A stretch of 64,000 nucleotides of DNA from Ranitomeya imitator (lineage: Eukaryota), in the NCBI RefSeq assembly GCF_032444005.1, contig NC_091289.1, positions 14,446,001 through 14,510,000 of the forward strand, written 5' to 3'. How positions within the stretch are numbered: position 1 is the first letter of the stretch; each line of letters starts with the position of its first letter. The notes beneath the pieces were generated by a model. It ran no database searches. It had not been told where the DNA came from and saw nothing but the letters and a program-made list of their open reading frames with translations. Shown here one piece after another: positions 1 to 13,600 of the stretch. Made by a program: the position numbers and the translations under genes.

Positions 1-500
1 TTCTAATTATTGCTCCCACTGTTGATTTCTTCACTCCAAGCTGGTTGGCTATTGCAGATTCAGTCTTCCCAGCCTGGTGCAGGGCTACAATTTTGTTTCT
101 GGTGTCCTTTGACAGCTCTTTGGTCTTCACCATAGTGGAGTTTGGAGTCAGACTGTTTGAGGGTGTGCACAGGTGTCTTTTTATACTGATAACAAGTTTA
201 AACAGGTGCCATTACTACAGGTAATGAGTGGAGGAAAGAGGAGACTCTTAAAGAAGAAGTTACAGGTCTGTGAGAGCCAGAAATCTTGATTGTTTGTTTC
301 TGACCAAATACTTATTTTCCACCATAATATGCAAAAAAAATGATAAAAAAACAGACAATGTGATTTTCTGGATTTTTTTTTCTCAGTTTGTCTCCCATAG
401 TTGAGGTCTACCTATGATGTAAATTACAGACGCCTCTCATCTTTTTAAGTGGTGGAACTTGCACTATTGCTGACTGACTAAATACTTTTTTGCCCCACTG
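1..500 (-). mobile_element. Tc1/mariner element, 5' part, truncated by window start
   Basis: Ends in ...TGCCCCACTG followed by TA (501-502). Minus-strand ATG at 133 reads [13 protein letters not shown], the same type of N-terminus as the other Tc1 copies in the window. Confidence 0.8.
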
Positions 501-1523
501 TATGTATTTTTATGCACGTATACCCCTATTTTTTATTAATATGTTACTCTAAGTACTTTCTTTTTAAATGAATTGTTTATGGCTAATAGGCTAACATTGA
601 ACTTTATTTGAGCATTAATTATTAGGGTTTACATTCACATATTTATTCATTTTTTTATACCAGTCGCTATCTAAAATAAATAAGAGAATTCTTTATATTT
701 AATATATACAGTATATTTTTTCTATATTCTCTCTCTCTATATATATTTTATTTTTACCAATTGGCCTGACATACCCTGGCCCCCACATACAGTTTAATTA
801 ATTTATTTTGTTTCTTTTATATTTTTGATTTTAAATTATTTCAATAAAATTCCTTGATTTTTATTATGTATTTTTGTGTCATTTTGCCTTCTTCCATCCA
901 GCCTTGTTTTCCAAGTGGGTGTGATCATGAACCTCAATTCGTGTGCATCCACTTAAGGACAACGCCCACTTGGTAAAAAGATTGATTTATATAAAGGGAA
1001 GAGAAAGCCATATCGCGGGAATGGAGAGGAGCAAAAGCAACGTTGGATTCAGGAGAACAGCGGCATTTATATAAGGCAAAAAAAACTCCGTAACTGACAG
1101 ATCCTTTTACTGCTGTATATGAAATAACAAGTGTCGCACAATATAACAAATGACGACACCTGACGCTGCGTTTTATATAATCGCCCATTGTGCGGGTGGC
1201 GGGCGCGGTGCTGTGACGGTGGCGCTTGTGTCAGATTTCGGCTCTCCTGCTTGTAGTCGACACAGTCGTAAATTTGTGACCTGGATGTTTACAATGATCT
1301 ACATAATAAAAAAAGAAATGGAGCAGCCAAAGTGGCCAAACAATAGGGACTTTTGATGAACCCTTTGTTTTTTTCGGAGGGTCATGTGACTGGCATCGCC
1401 AAGGTCACAGTGAAATAATTGCTTTACAAGTGTTGGCGTTTCTGTCTGCGCACTGGGCCACCTTTGTTGTGGTGCAGGAGGTACGGGAAGGCAGAGTAAA
1501 TACGATTGAGCAATAATAAGGGC

Positions 1524-1629
1524 GACGTCGTATAAATACAGGGTACGATTGATAGAAAATCACATATACACAGTGCCGGTCATTACTGAACTGCAGCCAG
1601 AAAGCTCAATACTTGGATCATATTTGATG
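1524..1629 (+). promoter_or_regulatory. Putative SLC26A6-like core promoter and exon 1
   Basis: GACGTC (1524-1529) and TATAAAA (1531-1537) precede a short exon ending ATG|GTAAGT (ATG 1627-1629), which is in frame with the exon starting at 2592. Confidence 0.5.
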
Positions 1630-4600
1630 GTAAGTAACTTTTTCATCTTGCTGTTACTTGTAGTTCCCGTAACATTGTATTAATCTGTTAAGAGGACTCT
1701 ATGAACTTGCAATATCTCAGCATCCTAGACCCCTGGGGGGTGACCTGTACTTACTGCAGTCACATCAGTGATCTGCAGCCATTGTGCAAGACCACAACTC
1801 CCAGTATGCCCAGTCAGTCAGGACATGATGGAGGTAGCAAACCATTGACTTACGGTGCTTTCAGATTGCGTTTAGGCGTCTGTTCAGTGGCCCCATCGGG
1901 GCCTACGTCTGAACCCCCAGCTAAGCGGGACATATGTGCTGATGGGGCCATAGACTACAATGGTGAACGTGCGCTCTGCCGCGCATCATTTTCAGGCGTA
2001 TACACCTACCGGAGGCAGGAACGCGGATGCAGGCTACTATGTTTGACTGTCCGCCTCCCGTAGACTTACAAGCCTGAGAATGATGCACGGCGGAGCGCAC
2101 GTTCACAGTCAGCACCATTATAGTCTATGGTCCTAATCCTGTTTTGCAGGGGGGTCGGCGCTGAGCGGGTACCAAAATGCAATGTGAACGCACCCTGACA
2201 TCTGCATGTGACTATATAGATAGATCTTGTATTTTTGTAGAGATCTGATTTTATTATTAACCCTTAGAAGTAGCTACTTAGATGCAGTTTTTTATTTATT
2301 TATTATTTTTAGATGATGAGATAAGAAAGTAAGGGGAAAAGTGGTGGGTGAGTGGCGGCTCAGACTGCGTAAAGCTTGTTTGCCTGGTACCTTGGAAACA
2401 TAAAGGTCTGCATGAGAGCTGTACACCAAAACCAATTCGATTTTCTTTTTCTTAATATAGGCAATAAAAGTAATTGGCTGCAAAAAAAATCCAGATTTTT
2501 CTTGGACAACAATTCTTGACGTGTAAACGCAATAATGAGAAATTCTTTTCTTGACAGTAATGCCGATCTTGGCCGATCGTTTTCCCAATAGAGATCTATA
2601 ATAATGGAGAAGCAGGGCTTGGTGCACCGGCAATGCCACCCCCGGAGGCAGCAAGCCATGAGTGAGGCCGATCTGGACAGAATAGCTCCAAGGACCAGCG
2701 ATGCAAGACCGTCCTTCTGGAGAAGATGTAAGAGCCGGATACGGTGAGTGGAGCATTCAGATTTTCCTAGTTCTATCCATTTTTGGGGAAAATGACCCCT
2801 TGCACAGCCTTCATAGACCTGCATCCCAGAATCCCATATAGCAAGTATGGCCGGATATAGGGAAGGAGGTAATCCACGCACCTTCCAGGGAGGACATCAG
2901 TGTGAAAACCACTTGTATCCACATAGGAACCCTGGTAGACCTTGTTTGGTCAAGAAGTGTAGGAACCCTTTGTAAGTAAAAAAGTTAGTGTTTCATCTTA
3001 CACTTGTAGAAAGAATCCTCATAGTTCAAGAAAAATCAGAGCACGGAAGACCTCTCTGCCCAACGCTGAAACTTATATAAAAAAAGAAGAAGATCCAGCT
3101 CAGGAATAAGATTGAGAAAATGTATTTCAACATTCTAAAATTGGAAAGCTGCTTACAGATGACCAGCAGATTATTGAAAGAGAACAGCTGGTCATCTGTA
3201 AGCAGCTCTCCAATTTTAGAATGTTGAAATACATTTTCTCAATCTTATTCAGGAGCCGGATTCTTCGTCTTTTTCATATAAGTGTAGGAACCCACCATGC
3301 TGGTATCCAGGGTCAGAAATGGAAGAAGGGTCCATAATGACTGGGCTCCAGCAGTAATGGCAAAATGTGAAAACATGACTTTTACTGTGCAATTAAAAAC
3401 AAAAATAAAAAAAAGATTAGGGATCCATAAGCTTACATGTTTCAGGATAGCAACCTTTATTGATGGCCTATTCGCGGGCCTGGGAAGGACCCTCCCGGGC
3501 GCTGTCATGGTGGTCACTCCGGCTCTTCTAATGTTAATATCCCTTCTATTTCCAGATGTTCTCAGACCACGGCAAAGTCCCTGCTGCTAAAATATGTCCC
3601 TGTCCTTCGGTGGCTTCCGCGGTATCCGATCCGTGACTGGATATTGGGGGACCTCATTTCTGGGATTAGCGTTGGTATAATCCAGTTACCGCAAGGTAAT
3701 TAATCTCTAAATCCTGATCATAATTGTTAATTGCTGTAATTACCGTGTGTAACATCTTCATGCTTTATTTCAGGTTTGGCGTACTCGCTCCTGGCTGGCC
3801 TGCCCCCCGTCTTTGGCCTCTATACGTCCTTCTATCCGGTCTTTATATACTTCCTTCTCGGGACTTCTAGACATATATCTGTAGGTGGGTTCTGTGCTGT
3901 TTATCAGGGGGTGTATATATGTCACTTATAATCCAGCTGCACTTTTATAATGTAATAACTTTAGACTTAGTGGCCATTTAATTATGGGTATTATATAATT
4001 TTATTTTTATGTCGCTCAGGTTCATTTGCGGTGGTGTGTGTCATGATCGCCAGTGTGACTGAATCTTTGGCGCCCAATGAAAACTTCCTACTTGGAGACA
4101 ATTCAACAAATATAGACGTGGCTGCCCGAGACCTGATGAGAGTGGAGCTCTCTATGGCTCTGGCTTTTCTTGTAGGACTTTTTCAAGTAAGATGTTATTA
4201 TATAATAACTCTAATAATGTACAGGCTAAATTTCCAATTATACATTTGAACTTAAAGAGTATCTCTTAATGTACTTATTTTCTCCATAAGTCAATACTAA
4301 AGATGAAAATGGGAAACTTTGTAATATATCTCATAAAGGCAATCTGCTTCTTTTTCCTACTGGACTGATCTTTCACCCTCAATTCATGGACAAAATCTGT
4401 ATTCTGCAAAGACAGATTTTCCCATTATTGAGAGAGGAGACGTCAGTTTGTGCTCATAAGATCCTATGCAGAGGGAAGGCGGCGCTAGAGGCAAACAGAC
4501 ATTGTGCTGTAAAGTCACCAGAGACCACTGTCAAAGTGCAACTGTCCCTTCAGGTGAACTAGCAGAAGTACTGTATACGTGTCTGCCCCGAGCGCCTCCT

Positions 4601-7600
4601 TCCCTCAGCGTAGATTCCTATGAGCAGAAGCTGCCGTCTCCTGTGTCAGCAATAGGAAAATCCATCTTCACTGAATACAGATTTTACCCATGAATTAAGA
4701 GTGAAAAATTAGTACAGGAGGACAAAGGAGCGGATATATTACAAAGATTTTATTTTCATGTGCACTTTTGGTTTACGAAATAAGATTAATTTGTAATTTT
4801 AATGTTTAATTGCCAAGCACCAAAATGTTTGTAAATGCATTACATTACTGATCCTGAGTTACCTCCTGTATTATACCCCAGAGCTGCACTCACTATTCTG
4901 CTGGAGCAGACACTGTGTACATACATTACTGATCCTGAGTTACCTCCTGTATTATACCCCAGAGCTGCACTCACTATTCTGCTGGAGCAGACACTGTGTA
5001 CATACATTACTGATCCTGAGTTACATCCTGTATTATACCCCAGAGCTGCACTCACTATTCTGCTGGTGTGGTCACTGTGTATATACATTACATTAGATCT
5101 TGAGTTACATCCTATATTATACCCCAGATCTGCACTCACTATTCTGCTGGTGCAGTCACTGTGTACATACATTACTGATCCTGAGTTACCTCCTGTATTA
5201 TACCCCAGAGCTGCACTCACTATTCTGCTGGAGCAGACACTGTGTACATACATTACTGATCCTGAGTTACCTCCTGTATTATACCCCAGAGCTGCACTCA
5301 CTATTCTGCTGGAGCAGACACTGTGTACATACATTACTGATCCTGAGTTACATCCTGTATTATACCCCAGAGCTGCACTCACTATTCTGCTGGTGTGGTC
5401 ACTGTGTATATACATTACATTAGATCTTGAGTTACATCCTATATTATACCCCAGATCTGCACTCACTATTCTGCTGGTGCAGTCACTGTGTACATACATT
5501 ACTGATCCTGAGTTACATCCTGTATTATACTCCAGAGCTGCACTCACTATTCTGCTGGTGCAGTCACTGTGTACATACATTACTGATCCTGAGTTACATC
5601 CTGTATTATACTCCAGAGCTGCACTCACTATTCTGCTGGTGCAGTCACTGTGTACATACATTACATTACTGATCCTGAGTTACATCCTGTATTATACTTC
5701 AGAGCTGCACTCACTATTCTGCTGGTGCAGTCATTGTGTACATACATTACATTACTGATCCTGAGTTACATCCTGTATTATACTTCAGAGCTGCACTCAC
5801 TATTCTGCTGGTGCAGTCACTGTGTACATACATTACATTACTGATCCTGAGTTACATCCTGTATTATACTTCAGAGCTGCACTCACTATTCTGCTGGTGC
5901 AGTCATTGTGTACATACATTACATTACTGATCCTGAGTTACATCCTGTATTATACCCCAGAGCTGCACTCACTATTCTGCTGGTGCAGTCACTGTGTACA
6001 TACATTACATTACTGATCCTGAGTTACATCCTGTATTATACTCCAGAGCTGCACTCACTATTCTGCTGGTGCAGTCACTGTGTACATACATTACTGATCC
6101 TGAGTTACATCCTGTATTATACTCCAGAGCTGCACTCACTATTCTGCTGGTGCAGTCACTGTGTACATGCATTACATTACTGATCCTGAGTTACTTCCTG
6201 TATTATACTTCAGAGCTGCACTCACTATTCTGCTGGTGCAGTCACTGTGTACATACATTACATTACTGATCCTGAGTTACATCCTGTATTATACCCCAGA
6301 GCTGCACTCACTATTCTGCTGGTGCATTCACTGTGTACATACATTACTGATCCTGAGTTACATCCTGTATTATACCTCAGAGCTGCACTCACTATTCTGC
6401 TGGTGCAGTCACTGTGTACATACATTACATTACTGATCCTGAGTTACATCCTGTATTATACCCCAGAGCTGCACTCACTATTCTGCTGGTGGAGTCACTG
6501 TGTACATACATTACTGATCCTGAGTTACATCCTGTATTATACTTCAGAGCTGCACTCACTATTCTGCTGGTGCAGTCACTGTGTACATACATTACATTAC
6601 TGATCCTGAGTTACATCCTGTATTATACCCCAGAGCTGCACTCACTATTCTGCTGGTGCATTCACTGTGTACATACATTACTGATCCTGAGTTACATCCT
6701 GTATTATACCTCAGAGCTGCACTCACTATTCTGCTGGTGGAGTCACTGTGTACATACATTACATTACTGATCCTGAGTTACATCCTGTATTATACTTCAG
6801 AGCTGCACTCACTATTCTGCTGGTGCAGTCACTGTGTACATACATTACATTACTGATCCTGAGTTACATCCTGTATTATACCCCAGATCTGCACTCACTA
6901 TTCTGCTGGTGCAGTCACTGTGTACACACATTACATTACTGATCCTGAGTTACATCCTGTATTATACTCCAGAGCTGCACTCTCTATTCTGCTGGTGCAT
7001 TCACTGTGTACATACATTACTGATCCTGAGTTACATCCTGTATTATACTCCAGAGCTGCACTCACTATTCTGCTGGTGCAGTCACTGTGTACAGACATTA
7101 CATTACTGATCCTGAGTTACATCCTGTATTATCCTCCAGAGCTGCACTCACTATTCTGCTGGTGCAGTCACTGTGTACATACATTACATTACTGATCCTG
7201 GTAATTCAGGAGTACGGGATAAGTAAGGTTTGGTGTATTGATGTCTTTTATATCTATAGTTGGTGCTGATCTTTATTAACCCTTTCCTCCATCAATAGAT
7301 AGCTCTGGGCGTCATTCAGTTTGGATTTGTGGTCACCTACCTCTCGGACCCCCTAATAAGTGGCTACACAACGGCATCGGCTGTCCACGTTCTGGTGTCA
7401 CAACTGAAATACCTCTTCGGTATTAGATTGAGCCAGAAGACGGAGCCGCTGTCATTAATATATGTAAGTTCCATTGTCGGGAGTGATTCTGCTTTATACA
7501 TCTACTTTGGAGACAACCTCTCGATTTGATTCAAAGAAGACGACCATGATATTGAATCTTTGAGATTTCTCTGTTTTCTTCCCTTGTATTTAGACCATCG

Positions 7601-10600
7601 TTAAGATCTTCTCGAGAATTACAAAAACCAATATCGGCTCGTTGGTCACCAGCATCATCGCCATCGTCGTCCTCCTGCTAATGAAATTTCTGAATGAGAA
7701 GTTTACTTCCAAACTGCTTATTCCAGTTCCCATTGAGCTGATCATGGTAAATCTCATCTACTAAGTTCTCTAGATCTGCATTTGTTCATGTTTATCTGGT
7801 TTTGAGAAAGTAGGGTGACAAGTAATATTCCAGAATAATAATTAGATGGCACAAAGTGACAAAAACATGACTGTGTTCTCCCACATGTAGCGTCTTAACT
7901 GTCCAAGGGTTACGTCCAGTATTGCAGCTCAGCGCTATTGAAGTAGAGCTTGGTTGCAATACCTGACACAGCCTCTTGACAGGTGTGGCGCTCTCTCAGG
8001 AAGAAATCAGTCAAGATTTAAAAAAAAAATATATATATATATATATATACATACAGTATATTGATGGATTGGTGATAACATTCCAAATACTAGGGGTCCC
8101 ACCACTGGTCAGTAGCTTCTCAGCCAAAAAATGTTTGTATAGCCTACTATGCCCTTTAACCCTTCCATCATATTATGAACATTTTCCTTCAGAAAGAACT
8201 GTAGAATGCTTTCTCTTGACAAGGTAAAATAATTTTTACATATGTTAATAGTTAATAAAATAGCACTGAGTTTAAGACTGCAATCTTCATTTGTTAATTT
8301 ATTAATTTTTAGACCTCCTGATAATAATAAATAATAATCTTTATTTTTATATAGCGCTAACATATTCCGCAGCGCTTTACAGGTTGCACACATTATCATC
8401 GCTGTCCCCGATGGGGCTCACAATCTAGATTCCCTATCAGTATGTCTTTGGAATGTGGGAGGAAACCGGAGTACCCGGAGGAAACCCACGCAAACACGGG
8501 GAGAACATACAAACTCCTTGCAGATGTTGTCCAAGGTGGGATTAGAACCCAGGACCCCAGCGCTGCAAGGCTGCAGTGCTAACCACTGAGCCACCGTGCT
8601 GATATGCAGTTTTCAGCCTGATCCAACTTTCAGATTTTTCTCTTGCGGGAGTGACTCTCCCAGTAATATAGGTTGGATATCTGGTGTGTGTGTATCTAGG
8701 GTGCTGCAGTTAGCATTAACTCATATCAGCACAGCTTCTATCCTTCTATTATTTCCTCTTCATGTACTTTCCTTCTCATCTACAAATGTTTTCTCTGCCC
8801 TCTCAGATTGTACATGCTTTTTCCCTTTCCCCACTCTTGAGATCTGTTGGGGAAAGCAGTTAGAGTCAGAATCAGAGCACTAAGTTAGATAAAAGACTTG
8901 TAGGCACTCTGCAGCACCAAATCGATAGTGTTCATTAAAAAAAATTCTATTTAGAAGATTGCGTAAAATGGTCGTCTCATGTTCTTAAATGGATAAAATT
9001 GCAAAATGCTTCCAAAATCAAGCAAATTTGCAATTTACTTAATTACAAGTCCTGTCTGTTCTACTTTTCTATTTTACATCTTGTTGCCTGGGTTACCTGC
9101 CGCCTCTGTAGTCTGAGGGGCCAGTCACCTAGGCAAAGAGCATGCGCTGCTTGCAGTCTCTATGGTTTACAGTCTGCGAGCGCAGCTCTGAAAGCTGGCC
9201 AGATAATTAGACCCCCTGGCAAAGCTGCCTCTGCTAGCAGCATGGGACGACCATGCCACTGGTCCAAACTATCAATCTTCAGAACCACACCACCCCCTGG
9301 CAATCAGGGAGGCTGGAAAGCAGTGTGCTCCTGAAGACAGAAGATTAGAATGATCCTTTTGACTTTACATTTCGAAAGAAAATAAATAGTTTAAAAAAAT
9401 GTCTGCTTGAAGGTTTACACATCCTTGTAACTAACTAGTAAATCTTACTATTTTCAGCTCATTGTCTCCACTGGAATATCATATGCTGTTGGGCTACATA
9501 ACAAATTTGGGATAGAGAATGTTGGGCACATCCCTGTGGGGTGAGTAACAGAAATATGACCGCTAATCATCGTTCAAATATTTAATTAAAAAAACCTTTA
9601 ATTTCTGTCTACCTGCAACTACCACTAGAGGGAGCTCACTGTACAAGAATGTATACAACTCCCATTAAACTTACATGCTCCCTCTAGTGGTGGCTGCAGG
9701 TAAACAGGTTTTTATCCTTTACCTGTCTATGTAGGTGAAAAAAGTAACGGAATAATATTACTATTTGGTAATTGTTAATCACTTTAGATAAACCGCACTG
9801 ACTCACATTATAATTTTTTAGATTAAAGATCCCAATGTTACCCGATTTCAGCCTGTTGGGAGATATTGTTGGAAACGCCTTCACCATTGCTGTGGTGGGC
9901 TATGCTATAACCATCTCTTTGGGGAAAGTATTTGCCTCCAAGCATGGTTATAAAGTGGACAGTAACCAGGTGAGCCAATATTGCCAGTTATAACGCACCG
10001 TAGAAGTCACCTCCTGAGTGATGGGGGCTGAATTATAGGGGGATGCAGCTGCAGGTTGGAGCTGTCTGTCGACAGGGCGAGAATCCTCTAGAAGACAAAC
10101 CCGGTGGGAGTTGTTCATAGATGAAATGTGAGGTCTCAGACATGGATTTGGGGGATATATTGGAGGATTACATCGGGGAGCACATGGAAAACCTGCACTT
10201 CCATAGCTAAGGCCCAAACCGCTTAGATGCAAAAGTGACTGTTCATCACTGCATCCAAGGGGTTTAAATGCCGTGATCAGAGCCTACGCCGGGTACGTGA
10301 GCCTGTTCCATACACATATATTGAATATGGTAAAAGTGGGAGGACAACAGCAAGTGGTGGAGCCATTCTACACTGTCAACCCCCCCACTCAACTCATAGC
10401 CCTTGTAGTGTCCATGTGGTCCACCGGCACTGGACAATGTGATCCTGCAGTTGTTACTTAACCCCATCTAAGTCTCGGGTGATCACGTTATTGCTGATGA
10501 TCTATAAGCAGCAATTATTTCAGGTCTTTACATATTAGTACCCCAAATTGTGGTACATTTTACGCTCTGCCTCCATTCAGGTTTCGCCCCTTTCATACAA

Positions 10601-13600
10601 ATGAATGCAAACGTTGCTCCTTCTGGGAGCAGTCCTACAAAGATTGGAGCTTCACGTTATATTTTTGGGGGTGACCACACACAAATAACATGGCTTGTCC
10701 CCATGACACCCCTGTGTTTTATTACAGGAGCTCATCGCTATTGGCTTCAGTAACTTCGTTGGCAGCTTTTTCCAGTGTTTCGCCATTAGCGCCTCTGTGT
10801 CCAGGTCTCTTGTCCAGGAAAGTTCTGGAGGAAATACTCAGGTGTGTGATCTACTTGTATCCGTCCCACTCCCTGGGAAAGCTGGGTGACGACAACCAAT
10901 ATGGCTCCACACATTATGCAACTCATAGCAAGTTCTGAGAGATTGATGTCGTCAGCGGATGTTGGGAGTGATCATTGTACTCCAGATGATGAGCCGCATG
11001 TTGGAGATCAATACTTGCACATCAACACTGTACGGCCTCATTATATTTCTTCTGCATCTTCTATTTTCTATGTGTAGGTGGCCAGTGCTGTAGCATCTTT
11101 TGTCGTCTTCATCATCATATTGCGAGCTGGGGAACTTTTCCAGGACTTGCCGAAGGTAAATGCAGCGCCGGCTTACCTCTGTGTTCAAGGAGCATGATGG
11201 AAATATGTGGATAGTGAAGAAACAATTCTCATGTATGGGGTGGGGGCCCACACTGCACTAGGGCCCACCAGTCCGAACCTACAGGTGTCCCCAAAATCCC
11301 TTCCACCAGGTGACATCTGTTAGTAACATAGGGCTTTGCAAATGCTTAAATAGCAATTTCCCATTTTTGTGTGATTAGATATATAGATTGTAGGGATTGA
11401 AATCACTCAAATAGCAATCGCCTAATATAACATTTTTCCTTTATTTTAGGCCATTTTGGCTTCAATCATCATAGTCAATTTGAAGGGAATGTTTAAACAG
11501 TTCTCAGAAGTTCGAGTCTTGTGGAAAAGCAACAGAGTTGACCTGGTGAGTGATGAGTCTCCATCGATAGGCAATCCTCACCCTACAAGTGCACTATAGA
11601 AATCCCTACATACTATTATCACCACTGAAAATTGATAGCAAAACTTAAAAGGGTTTACAAATAATAATAATAAAAAAACAACATGTCTTTCTTGCAAAAA
11701 AAACAGTGCCACATCTGTCCACAGGTTAGCCAAATTCAATTGGAGGTGAACTGCAATACCGCAGATAACCTGAAACAGGTGTGGTGCTGTCCTTAAAACA
11801 AAGCAGTGTGTGCATCAAACTAAGGCCACGTTCACACGTTTAGTATTTGGTCAGTATTTTTACATCAGTGTTTGTAAGTCAAAATGAGGAGTGGAACAAT
11901 CGGAGGAAAAGTAGAATAGAAACACATCACCACTTCTGTATTTTTCACCCACGCCTGGTTTTGGCTTACAAATACTGATGTAAAATACTGACCAAATACT
12001 GAACGTGTGAACGTAGATTAAAGAGGACGTTATGCAGGCCAGCTAATAAAGAGAGAAGCCGGGGATGTCTGCAGGTAGAATGCCGGTGGGTAGGATGCTG
12101 GTGGGTAGGATGCCGATGGGTAGGATGCTGTTTGCTGTCAGCAGGTAGGATGCCAGTGGGTAGGTTGCCAGTGGGTAAGATGCTGTTTGCTGTCAGCAGG
12201 TAGGATGCTGGTGGGTAGGAGGCTGTTTGCTGTCAGCGGGTAGGATGCCGGTGGGTAGGATGCTGTTTGCTGCTAGCAGGTAGGATGCCGGTGGGTAGGA
12301 TGCTGTTTGCTGTCAGCAGGTAGGATGCCGGTGGGTAGGATGCTGTTTGCTGTCAGCAGGTAGGATGCCGGTGGGTAGGATGCCGGTGGGTAGGATGTTG
12401 TTTGCTGTCTGCAGGTAGGATGCCGGTGGGTAGGATGCTGTTTGCTGTCAGTAGGTAGGATGCCAGTGGGTAGGTTGCCAGTGGGTGAGATGATGTTTGC
12501 TGTCAGCAGGTAGGATGCTGGTGGGTAGGAGGCTGTTTGCTGTCAGCGGGTAGGATGCCGGTGGGTAGAATGCTGTTTGCTGCTAGCAGGTAGGATGCCG
12601 GTGGGTAGGATGCTGTTTGCTGTCAGCAGGTAGGATGCCGGTGGGTAGGATGCTGTTTGCTGTCAGCAGGTAGGATGCCGGTGGGTAGGATGCCGGTGGG
12701 TAGGATGCCGGTGGGTAGGATGTTGTTTGCTGTCTGCAGGTAGGATGCCGGTGGGTAGGATGCTGTTTGCTGTCAGCAGGTAGGATGCCGGTGGGTAGGA
12801 TGCTGTTTGCTGTCAGCAGGTAGGATGCCGATGGGTAGGATGCTGTTTGCTGTCAGCAGGTAGGATGCCAGTGGGTAGGATGCCGGTGGGTAGGATACTG
12901 TTTGCTGTCAGTGGGTAGGAAGCTGTTTGCTGTCAGTAGGTAGGATTTCGGTGGGTAGGTTGCCGGTGGGTAGGATGCTGTTTGCTGTAAGCAGGTAGGA
13001 TGCGGGTGGGTAGGATGCTGTTTGCTGTCAGCAGGTAGGATGCCGGTGGGTAGGATGCTGTTTGCTGTCAGCAGGTAGGATGCCGGTGGGTAAGATGCTG
13101 TTTGCTGTCAGTAGGTAGGATGCCGGTGGGTAGGTTGCCGGTGGGTAGGATGCTGTTTGCGGTCAGCAGGTAGGATGCCGGTGGGTAAGATGCTGTTTGC
13201 TGTAAGCAGGTAGGATGCCGGTGGGTAGGATGCTGTTTGCTGTAAGCAGGTAGGATGCCGGTGGGTAAGATGCTGTTTGCTGTAAGCAGGTAGGATGCCG
13301 GTGGGTAAGATGCTGTTTGCTGTAAGCAGGTAGGATGCCGGTGGGTAGGATGCTGTTTGCTGTCAGTAGGTAGGATGCCGGTGGGTAGGTTGCCGGTGGG
13401 TAGGATGCAGTTTGCTGTCAGCAGGTAGGATGCCGGTGGGTAGGATGCTGTTTGCTGTCAGTAGGTAGGATGCCGGTGGGTAGGATGCTGTTTGCTGTCA
13501 GTAGGTAGGATGCCGGTGGGTAGGTTGCCGGTGGGTAGGATGCTGTTTGCGGTCAGCAGGTAGGATGCCGGTGGGTAAGATGCTGTTTGCTGTAAGCAGG

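Noticed and set aside
4835-7269. Series of 60-307 aa ORFs
   Set aside because: Translations of the 81/86-bp intronic minisatellite; periodic peptides with no splice or compositional support.
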